Shown here piece by piece: positions 24,703 to 36,055 of a stretch of 64,000 nt of DNA. Both the position numbers and the translations under genes were made by a program. The notes under the pieces were generated by a model that did no database searches, was not told the origin of the DNA, and was given only the letters and a program-made list of their open reading frames with translations. Every line of letters starts with the position of its first letter. The stretch's first letter is position 1. The stretch lies in the NCBI GenBank assembly GCA_030141605.1, contig JAQGDQ010000170.1:248001-312000 (forward strand), read 5' to 3'. The stretch is from Tubiluchus corallicola. Lineage: Eukaryota > Animalia > Priapulida.

Positions 24703-27201
24703 AAGCCCTATTTCACAATCCTTTTGAATAATAGTTTCTTTTCAAGGCAAAGGTTCAAGTACAACAGCATATGTGATTAGTGACGTGATAAATTAGATGG
24801 TGATGGTAATTTTTAAATTTTACATCATATATATATATATATATATAAATATACAAAAAAACATTTACAAACCATCACTGTGTTGTGCATTTTATTTACC
24901 AATAGTTGCCATGATATTAATTAATACAAGCAGCAATGCTTGACATGATCCTCCTAGAGTTAACGCTTTACCATTCAGATGCACTATACACTGATAGACA
25001 CTATAAATGTTCTAAACTGGCATTTAAACAAATGTTAAGCAATGAAATTTTACAACTAACTGAAACATGTATTATAGAACATTAGAAATTATGCTAGTTA
25101 TACGAATAATAGTAGTAAAAACAAATTTCAATGTATCTTGATAACGGTGGCAATGAACACGAACAAAGGCATGTCACAAAATGTGTTATAAAATCATAAA
25201 AGTGCACGTGTTAAAAAGGGTATTACATTATTGGTTTATATAATTGCTTTCTCAAAAAATCACAAACACCTGGGATAGAACTGGCACGAACCATAAATAT
25301 TGTAACAAAAAGTACATAAAAAATTTATTACAATCTCACTTCTCGCAAAAAATATGAATTAAATCTACAAATAGATCAGAAATTTTATTTAAGTTAATTT
25401 ATGTAATTATCACGTCACAACAGTATTACGGGTGTCTGCATTTACTTTCGCATGCATTAAACACAGAACGAGAACTGGAAATATATGTTAGCCATACAAA
25501 ATGAAGGCAGCATTACCACAACTACTTAAAGGTATATGTAAATGAAAGATCAAATACGAGGTGGCACCTGAGTGTGCTACAATCTCTGACACACTAAGGT
25601 TAAACATGTGGCTCCACCTTTATAGTATCTTACAATCTGTAACACATGTATTTCAACAATCACAATAATAATTATGCTTACATTAATTATAAAGGAAAGC
25701 CATAGCAAAAAAGAGTGAGCTTGGAAAAACGTGTTACTAGAGAGCTGATGGAGACATAGCAGCTGCACATTGCCATTTACACACACTTGGAGAAAACCGT
25801 AGAATTACAATGGCAGTTTTAGTTTAATTGTAGGTATGGCCTTCCACTGCCACTTACACACACTAAAGAAAGAAAAAACATGGAATTTGCGATGGCAGTT
25901 TTAATTATTCTATCAGACAAAGTTATCAAGCATAACGACAGTGCACAGCTGCAGACCACAATGCACATTCATTGTAATCTGCTGTAGTGTTTAACACAAT
26001 GCAAATATGAACATGATCCATCAAAACACAAAGTTATAACCGTACAAACTAATCTAAACTCTAGACTAAGTTAACTGTAACTAAACACTTCAAGGTTGAA
26101 ATATATAATATGTATATATATAAACATTTTACAAAAACAAAATTCTCTTCAGATGATATAATACAATACAAAAAACATTTTAAATTGTTATTGGCTGCAA
26201 GCAAAACAAGGCCATTAAATCATGGAAAATAATCTTGCTAATGGAACTTTCACCAAGGAATTTTATTTTCTCATCTGGCTGATCCAAGTTACCAAAATGG
26301 CTTTGTACAGAAAAGATGAACAAATTTCAAAAACGTGTGCTACGAAAATTTAAGGCTAACAATATATGACTATAATATGTTTGTAAAACTATACAATAGC
26401 TGAAGATATGCACAAATTGCTTGTGAAAAATATGCATTCGGAATATTTACCTCTACAAATGTCAAAACCCCTTTTGAATTACAAATTCCAAACTGTTTTA
26501 AAACTGCATGTCAGAAATAACTTAACTAAGAATTACACTAAGTACAGAGGCAAATACAACAGATATCTAATGAATTACTGTGCATTGAAAGATTCTTGTC
26601 AATAACATTACATAAAGTTCACATAGACATCAATAGCAAAACACACAGAAGCGTTGCCATGGTAATTCAGTTTTATAAGCTTTCAAATTATACTAGTATT
26701 GCACAAAAACATGTGCTAAAGAGCTTAGTGTATTATTTTACACTTGGCAATATGTATTTTATACTACAAGCAAAACCATAACCAGTGAAAAATATAATGG
26801 CCATAGTAATATATGCACAGTCAAGAGACCAACATTTTGAGCGAGAAAATTTTAGAATTTGCTATATTTAACTATTTTTTTGGTCATAGACTTGTTTATT
26901 GTTTAAGCATGCACTGAGATATTTAACATTTCCCTAAATGTCGAAGCCTTTTTTTCATCCATTCACAGGTAGTTTTAATTTTGCTATTGACCAAATCCGA
27001 TATTTTAAGACGCAACATATAAGAACAACTAAATGAAAGTACTATATGAATGGTTTTGCCAAGTGTTAGTTTCACATTTAACGGTAGAATATATATAATT
27101 GCCACAAAATACAATGGAAATGTCCACAATACAGAGTGACTTTCACATGTTTTCATTAGCAATCACAAAGAGATAATTAAATAGTTACAGCTAATATTTT
27201 T

Positions 27202-27348
27202 TTAAGATTTTGACTTCTTTTTCTTGTCCTTCTTATCATCTTTCTTGCTCTTTCTGGCTGTTAATTCTTCTTCAAAAAGTTTGAGCTCTTCGTAGTATTG
27301 TTCCAGTTCAATGATACGAGCAAGCGGGGCTTTCCTCTCTTTATTCAT
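27202..27348 (-). CDS. Terminal coding exon MNKERKAPLARIIELEQYYEELKLFEEELTARKSKKDDKKDKKKKSKS* (helix + polybasic tail)
   Basis: Acceptor TTTGTTTACAG|ATG; 49 codons ending TAA; phase 0 matches the donor at 30914; not in the ORF track. Confidence 0.75.
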   Translation of the reverse strand: MNKERKAPLARIIELEQYYEELKLFEEELTARKSKKDDKKDKKKKSKS

Positions 27349-28989
27349 CTGTAAACAAAGAAGTTTACAAGATGTTTACACAATAAGGTGTCTGTCATAT
27401 GGCCTCAGATTAAATCACTAGGGTTCTACTTTACCATGGTTACATATCTCATTTACAGTCAATATTTGTTGCGTGCACCTCTCGATAAAGTCTTGCTGTC
27501 AAAGCTCTATTGAATTAAATTCTTCACCTTCTTCCACGTCTATTCTAACTAATAAAAAATGAAGAACAGACATATCACATAGCTATGTGGGTAATTATAG
27601 GACTAATAAACACGATTCTATGGAAAATAGAGTGGTTAAAAAACCGCCATCAATTTCACTTTTATTTTAGACATGAAAAACTTTTATAAAGTTAGTTTCA
27701 CACAGTAAAATGATAAAAGATAAATGAGAGTTTATCTAATTAATAAATTAAAAAAATTATGTACATAGATGAAGTACTACAGATAGGCCTGATAGAGGTG
27801 TGATATACAGTACAAGAATTGTCCTTCCATCTACTGTAAACTTTACCAGGTGCGATATCATCAGAACGCCTGAAGCATCTTAGATAGGTGTTATCGCTCG
27901 TTTCAAGCTGCGATCTTACAGAAAATGAACATATCCTTAGCAACACATCAAAATTAACAGACAGCAAGATTCACTGTCACTTCCTTTGCACTGCAATGAT
28001 AAGGAAGAGAAAACAATTTCCTTATACGTTTGTTATATGTGACTTAAATATCATTAAAAGTACATGCAAAGACCTTTCTCCACAAAGCCGCTCCACAAAC
28101 ACTAGTACAATAGATCCTGAACATCAAAGTTTTGTCTTCTAACTTCAGCTAACATAATTTATGTGTTCTAATATTATTATTATTACTGCCAGTGATGTGA
28201 ATAATGCGTCCCAGATATTTCTCTGCAGAGACAGATTAGATCATACAATCATTATATAGTGCATACTGTGACCACTAGGAATTTTGTTCATATTACAGTA
28301 TAAGGTTTAATAGTCAGCAATTTAGTTTTGTGGGTGTTAATGATTAATAACAAACTCAGAAGCAAAACATTCATAACGTCTCATATCAATTAGACTTTGC
28401 ATAGAACTATTTGTACTAGTCATTAACCAGACATAACAGCATACATCAGATGATTAGGAATACACGGGTTAATTCTACAGCCCATTGTGCGTTGTTCAGA
28501 GAAACGATAAGATTTTTAAAGTAATAATTGAAAAATGGTGTTGACAAAATCCCACCTTGATCAATATGGACAAAAAAAATTACAGACAAATAGTTACCCT
28601 GGGCAAATTACAGTAAAAGTATGTTAAGAATTTCAGAATGATGCTAGACAGTTCAGTGTCACTTATGAATTTTTGTAGAAGTTGATATGGTCAAATACCT
28701 TTGAGGCATCGATAAAAAGCAGATTTATGGGAGAATTCCTGTTTATATAAAAATGAGCAACTCGTTAAGTACATATACGCAAGTCTCAGTGCCAAGTTTA
28801 GTTTTAAAACTAAACTGGTTCTCACTAGACTCAAGATGACAAGAATATCAAATTAGAATAACGTGTCTAGGGATTTTTACTGAAAACCGATCTTAAAACT
28901 ACATAGGTTTATAATTATTACATTCAGTAATGGTTAAATTTTTGTTCTTGACAACAGGTACAAGTACAGAACACATAGTTTCACAGGTG

Positions 28990-29460
28990 CAAACCTATGC
29001 CGATGAGATTGAACTGAATAAAATTGAGAGATAAGTGTTAACAACAGAGGAACAATAAACGAAGTGACACTGAAAGCAGACACACTATCAGCTCCAGCTG
29101 ATTTATGTTGTTTCAACTTGCATTTAATTACATGCTGAATTTCACAAGGAGTAAAATCGTTTATGCTGGTATCAAGTTTTCTAGTAAAGCTTAACATTAA
29201 AACTTTTGGAAGATCCTTGTTATCTAAAGAATTAACTAAGTTTTTATGATGCTCTTTCCAGAACTCATATATGTCCTTAGCCCCACTAGCATTCTCAGTT
29301 TTGTTTGACCGAGCCAGTTTAGCATTAACTTCATTGCGCAGAACCTTCCAAAAATTGTATCTACATTTTGCAGAAACCTATGCGCAAGCTTGCTAGCCTT
29401 AATGACTTCTTGCTGAAGCTTTCACTCGCGACTTCAGTGCGTATTTGAAGCGAGTTGGAT
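28990..29460 (-). mobile_element. Degenerate internal LINE ORF2 fragment (EN-RT linker)
   Basis: Minus translation has FWK..IYEFWKEHHKNLVNS and FTPCEIQHVIKCKLKQHKSAGADSV, resembling the pre-RT 'EV..AI..LK..KSPG.D.I' motif. Confidence 0.6.
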
Positions 29461-29906
29461 GTGACAATAGACCAGTAACTAGTATCCGAAGACCAAAGCT
29501 CGCAATACGAATATTCTAACAACCAAGTGATAATGCAAGTTACGAAATACGATTTGCGGATTAATATTTCAGCGGAAATAAGAAATATAAAAGCAAACAG
29601 TAACCGAGATATGGGCTAAATCTGTAAAAAAGTTTTTTGCACATCCATACATGATTCAACAGTTAGGTTAAACAATCTCAGTCTGCTACGCCAAAGGGTT
29701 GTGATATGTAATTAGGTTGTCTCACTTATTTCAACAAACCAGAGGCAGCTTAAGACTGTTAGTAAATACAATACATGTACAGGCACTTCTCTGCTATAAA
29801 TAGATAAAGTTACGCTGAACATTTTTCTGTATGATGTATGATGCGTTACACTACACTGTGCGCGGTACCTTACAATACTATAGACTATCGTATTCTAGAA
29901 ATACAT

Positions 29907-30015
29907 ATGTATTTAAAAAACAGTTTTTGCAGCCGACCTAACCGCTTGCCACTCGATTTGTTCCAACTCAAGTTATCACACATTAAAAGACTCAAACATT
30001 GATGGTATTTCGCCC
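29907..30015. repeat. Inverted repeat, left copy (~109 bp)
   Basis: ATGTATTTAAAAAAC..CCGCTTGCCACTCGA..GTTCCAACTCAAGTTATCACACATTA..GGTATTTCGCCC; reverse complement of 35544-35652 with ~7 mismatches by eye. Confidence 0.92.
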
Positions 30016-30913
30016 TTTTCTACCGTTTGTGGGAGAACCACAAACATTTTTGCTGTTTAATATTTACCAATAACGTAGAGGCTTGTCAGTGAATATTCAC
30101 TTCCCATATAAACAAGGTTTAGTTACAACAGCGAAATACAAACATATAAGGAAGTTACCAGAGCAGAGAGCAAAAAAATTTTCATACAAAACTTCTAAAA
30201 GAAATGCAATGGCCAATGTAAAGGGTTATAGTTAAAAATAAAAAATATGAAGATAGGTCAAGAATATGTTTGTCCTTACAATTAATTAATGACACAAGGT
30301 ATCTATTGACGCATTCTTGATGTATATGAAAATTTTAGTTAACTGTAAAATACATTTTCTAGTAAAGAATTCTACAGCTAAGAAGCCAGACGAAAAAAGC
30401 CAGATTTAAAGGCTCAGACGTAAAGCGACACTGCTGGATCTATAAACCAATGACAAGGACTGAGGGAGGCAGAATAAACCTAACGCAGAAAAAAACGTCA
30501 ATAAGCAAGATATAAAATTTGATAATAGCAATACAATTTTAAGATTTAAATGCCGCCAGAGAGATTTGTGCACCGTCTAAAAGAACTTTCTACGAAAATA
30601 TACCACAGCGATAATTTGCCATACTGTAACTTAAATATCAACAACATAAATACATCATCCGTAGCAAAAGTTTTCATTATAGTCACATATTCAGCTGGTG
30701 AGGCTCGTTAGGGCAAAAGTTCCTGACAATAAAAAAATCTGCTTGAGGCTAAGAAAGGGCTTTCTAGTTTCTATTCAGGTACTACAAGATATTTTAAATA
30801 CATGATAAATAATAATGAAATAATGAGCTGCGTGTTCGCCATGCAAATTTAGCAGCTGACTGCTGATATAGAGCAGTGCCAATAAAATGACGACATTAAC
30901 ATCTTTGCCTTAC

Positions 30914-32149
30914 CTCGTCTGAATCAAGAGGTGGTGGTGGTGCTTTAGTCATTTTAGCCCACTCAGCTTTAATTCGAGCAGGTGCCACATCTGTGCAAAC
31001 CACTTCTTGTCCCATGTCATCTGAAGGTTTATCAACAGAAGATTCAGTGACTGCAACAGCTTTACTATTTAATTCAGGCTTATTCGACTCATTCTTTGCA
31101 TTAAAGTCGTCATGATCTGACCCAGTTTTACAAACAGCTTCAAACATATGGGTTTCATTATGTTTGATTTCTGAAGAACTGGCTTCCAGCAGTGACGATT
31201 CCACTTTGGGTAGGGGTGAAGAATCAGTTACAGTTTCAGTGACAGCTGCTGAACTGACTGCTTCAGTTGTGCCCGTTGGTTCTTCCATCTTTTCAGTTTC
31301 TGGATGAGAAGGAGCACAAGTTTTGGATGGAACCTTATCTGAGGGAACTTGGTTGGGTATCATTTCCTCAGTGGTTAGTTGTTCTTCACTGTGAGCACAC
31401 ACTTCTGCCACTGTGCTTTGTGCAATAACCTCATTTATAACTTCGTGAGCTTCGACAATGTCTTTATGTACACAAGATTCACAGTTCTCTGGTGAAGTAG
31501 CTTCAACAACTTCACTGGATGCATCTGCTTGTGGCATAGGAGTTGATATGCCAGCAAAAGTTAAATCAGGTTCTCCAACTTCATCTTCTGGCACAAGGTC
31601 CTGTACAGAACTGTCATGGATTTGCCGTACATCAAAAACATTATTAGAAGTTACATTTTTCTCTTCTTGTACTACAGGGTCTTCAGCAACTGTACGTTGA
31701 AGTTCATTACTCTCCCCAGATAAAGGGCAGTTAGCAGATTGTTGATTGTCTTTAGCTGAGGTAGTAAAATCCTCATAAGGACCTGGCTCAGCCTCATCTG
31801 ATATGGATGATGGTACTTCCTCGTCATCTCTCACACACTGTGTTTGCGTCTCTTCCAAAGGCACAATATCCATATGAGTAGTAATTTCTTGCCCATCATC
31901 TGTCCTCACAACTGTATAAATACAACCATCCTCTTCACGTGTTTCTATTGTAATGTCACCATCAGCGACAGCAGTCGTTGTCACTGTTGTCACCACATCA
32001 TCGTCGGTGACTTCAGTAGCAATCTTGATAGGTGTGTCACTGTTGTCCACTGACAGAACACCACTTTCTGCAGGAGATTCTGGCATTGAAACAGCCTCTT
32101 TCTCTTCTACATCTTGCTTTTCTACAAATTCACTCCTTGTACCCTCCAT
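30914..32149 (-). CDS. Large exon of an acidic, E/S/T/V-rich, probably disordered orphan protein (412 codons; ~460 aa with exon 27348-27202)
   Basis: 1.2-kb open frame; ATG in GAAATGG context with an in-frame TAA upstream; donor GAG|GTAAGG at 30914; upstream acceptor TTTCTTTATCTCATTCAG| at 32310. Confidence 0.75.
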
Positions 32150-35100
32150 TTCCAAAATGCAGTATTTTGTTAGGTTTAGTCGAGAAATTTATTCGGCTGC
32201 ACCCACTAAAACATGCTACTAGCACAACTCAGCAGTACCAGGAAATCTAAATTTAACACAAAAACCTCAGTCAGAATTTAAATGGGCTTCCCCGAGCCCA
32301 GCAGCAAACCTGAATGAGATAAAGAAAACGGCTGGAATTCAGTGTTTGTATTGCATGCCAAACCAGCGAAGCACTCATCACCAGCGAGCATTTGTTATCT
32401 TAAGCTCAGTCTGGTGGCAATGAAAAGGACCATCCCATCAGTCTTACAGATAGTTTACCGATACACACATGCACTAGAAACGAATACGTTCAGTTCGGCT
32501 GCTACTGATTTAGTACCACCTGGTAACTACGTAGGAGGGCAAATGCGTGGAAGATCTATTCCAATCACGTGCATACAAAATTCTATCGTCACTACGTCAT
32601 CACATATCTGTGGCGAGTCGGTATCAGTTCTGGAAAAGCACATATAGCTGGCAGCCCTGCACACCGCTGAAAAATTGGGCAGTTTTCTCACAAACAGACA
32701 GCTGTCAAGTTGAATACGAGCTAAACTGTGCTGACTGCTAGGCAACGTTCTCACGTACATTCAATAGCCAGACATAATATAGCCTGGCCTCGAGTGGTTT
32801 ATGTATAAACACCACTAGCGGTCCGGAGTATTTAAAACGACTTAAGTTTCTTGTGAGTCAACATAAAAGGAAATAATTATAATGCCAGGCTTTTCTTGAT
32901 ATGCACTCTATTAGATTTCGTATATAGTGAAACTTTTTCTGCACTGCATAAATAGGTAAATTGAGTGTGAGAGCGCCATAAGCAGGGGAATACTATACAT
33001 ATAGGTGAGCAACCTGTCAAGGGTTTGAATCATTTATCGGAAATGACAGACCGTTGGCGCGACAGTTAAGTGTATTTCCATCGCATGTCCTACTCTCTAC
33101 TTCGTGGTACTGTTATTATCTAATACATAACATACACGCCTTAAGTGATGCTGCATAAGTTAGAGGGCGATCTTGTATTGGAAAAAATAGAAAGTACTTT
33201 TGAGAAAAAATTAAACGATATAAAATATACAAAGAACACAAGCACCAAGTCTCATTAAAACTGAATTCTTATGGCAAAGGGATACACAGGGAAAATGTAG
33301 AAAGAAAGTTTTTTCCACGAAAATGATATGCAGATCCTTGATGTTACCCATGCCCTTCCGACTCCAGAGATGGCGGTGAAAACGGACATTAAACTTTAAT
33401 GTAAATGAAATAAATCTGTCAAAAATGGGATATAAATAAGGATAGCTTGCTGACTCCCTGCTATGCTGAGGTCATTATTAACTACAACTTATTAAACGTT
33501 GAAGCAGCATGAAATATTGAACAGATAAAACTGCAAGTAGTTAAGGCAACCTACTTTGATAATTTTAAACAAGATGGTATGAAAGAATATAATTCAAATG
33601 TCACTCACAAGTAGTTTGTATTAAAGCCACGTTTGACATTAATTGTAATCAAGGTAACACTGCAATTGCATCGAAAAGAAATGACACTCAAGAGACTTTT
33701 AAGTAAAAAACTGACTGGCTTTTTGTTCTGTTATGAACAAACTTACATATTACGATAAATATATTATCCTAATGTATGTGAATTTTCTCGACTGCTGTAT
33801 CTGTTACACTATCCCCAGTGTTTTCAGAAAGATTATAAATTGAGCTTTGGGAAATGTAATGGTAAGTCAGCACATCAAAAGCAGCACAGTGAGAAATCAA
33901 GTTATTACACCAAAAGCAACAAAGCATTTTAGTACACGTATTACGAAACTACCTCTACATCTCTACACATCAGCTCATGCCACAAAGAGGCGCTTCAGGG
34001 TCAAACGCTTTCAAACATCACAATTAGAAAGTATATTTGCCATTTTTTTCTAACAGATATCTTACTTAATTATAGCTAGCAGAATACTTCAAGGCTACAA
34101 TGTATGCTCAGTAAATAAAATTCATGCCAATTCAAACAATTCCTACAAACCACAAGTGGGATATTTCAAAATTTTACGATTTGTACACAGTGATCATTAT
34201 AACGAAGTTTGTTTAAACATGGCGAGTTGAAATTTTTTTAAAGGAACTCAAATTTTGACAAAAATTAATATCTTTTAAGTTACAAAATGCATATTACAGC
34301 ATTTAGTAAAATAAGGTGTAACCTTTTCTTAAACAATGGATTTCTCCTACGAGAGGTGATAAGAGTAATATATTCAATGAAAAAAGAGGCTTAATGAAGG
34401 TGCCTACCGATAGCTTAAAAATGAATATGGAACCCTTTGATAACACTTCAATACACTTTAATTATAAGTCAATGAAATTCGTTTTATTAAACAGCCAAAC
34501 ACGTATAAACGGACAGTAAACTAATGTCTGTACAAAAATAACATACAGGGAAAGAGAAAGGAATGACAGACTGTCATTGTCGCACAGAAAATTACTGTAA
34601 CGTTCTTTGCATAAACAACATATTTTATTCACATTTATGTAATTGGGCAATTTATACCATGAAAGCTGTGAACAAACATACAGCACCGATAATCTGTACA
34701 AGCATAAATATAATGCCCTAGATCTTATGCAAACAACATAATCTTATTATTAAATATTAAACAGTGAGCTGCCTAGAATTCTATAGCGGTCCTGCATTAC
34801 TGTATTGGCTAGTTATTAGCTGCAGGGTAGCAAGAAACCAAAATAAGCCAAAAAAGTTGTTGGGGACATTCTTAATTCTGGCACTACAGGCACAATGACT
34901 GCTAGCAGAAAAACGTCTACACGTGTATTTGGAATGTATCTGCACGCATACGCTGGATGTCCAGTGTTTAAGCACCGGAAGTAAAATTGGCCATGATAAA
35001 ACGGAACTGTTGCAAGTTTAGTATATCCACGCCAACAGCTTCTGCACATTCCAGAAGTAATGATTTTCATCGAAATGGGCAAGAAGGAAATGTGTGACGA

Positions 35101-35543
35101 GGTAAAAAGGCCTCCGAATCAAATTTGCACCATCATATTTTTATCCTTTCGGCGGGCCCGGGAATGTGTACCGCTTCCTATGCACTAACAGACAAAAACT
35201 GGGGTAACAAAATTTTGTATTGAAAGTCACTTCTATTATAGATTTTTTTCTTTGCGATTTAACGATGCAATTCTTGATTTACAGAGAGAAAGAAAAAGTT
35301 CTTTACTTCTTAGACTAGTCAGACATTAATGCCTCGTGTAGGCACATCTTTCGAAATACATTCGTTTGTCTTTTACAAGATTGTTGGTGAAACTACAGCT
35401 GTGAAAAGGGACTAAAAAATTATAATAAAACTACTCAGAATGTAGTCTATGATGTACCCTCACTTACTAGTCTTCAGGGAAATTTCACTTAATATTACAA
35501 AACGTGAATAGTGCGACAATTCACTCCTTTGGTTGACAAGTAC

Positions 35544-35652
35544 GGGCGAAATACCATCAATGTTTGAGTCTTATAATGTGTGATAACTTGAGTTGGAACA
35601 AGTCGAGTGGCAAGCGGCTAGGTTGGCAGCAAAAATGGTTTTTTAAATACAT
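35544..35652. repeat. Inverted repeat, right copy (~109 bp)
   Basis: GGGCGAAATACCATCAATGTTTGAGTC..TTTTTTAAATACAT, reverse complement of 29907-30015. Confidence 0.92.
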
Positions 35653-35960
35653 CTAGTACTTTAAGATATCATTGCTTCGCAAATATGAAATGATTGGGCT
35701 ATGTGCACATTTTGTACAGGAAAAATGGAGATGTATGTAGAACAATTTGAGTTTTTTGTGTTGACTGTAAATGGACAAAAATGAATACATAGGGTACAAG
35801 TTTGGCAAACTGTTCCAGAACTACTGTAGCAATGTTGTGAAAATAGTACACTATTAAAACCATTAATTTTTTACATTTAAACCATAAAACACAAAAAATA
35901 AACCACAATGATCCAATGACAAGGCGAAACAATTAAAAAAAAATTATTAGAATGACTTAC

Positions 35961-36055
35961 TCCCATTAGCTGCTACAGGTTGACTATCGGTAGCCTCCGC
36001 AGCAGACTCTGCCTTTTTGATGTCACTCAAGTCATCCATCTTGCTTTCCACCGGC
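35961..36055 (-). CDS. lgl: lgl tail exon ([31 protein letters not shown])
   Basis: TTTAG|..A|GTAAGT; phase 2 to 1. Confidence 0.75.
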
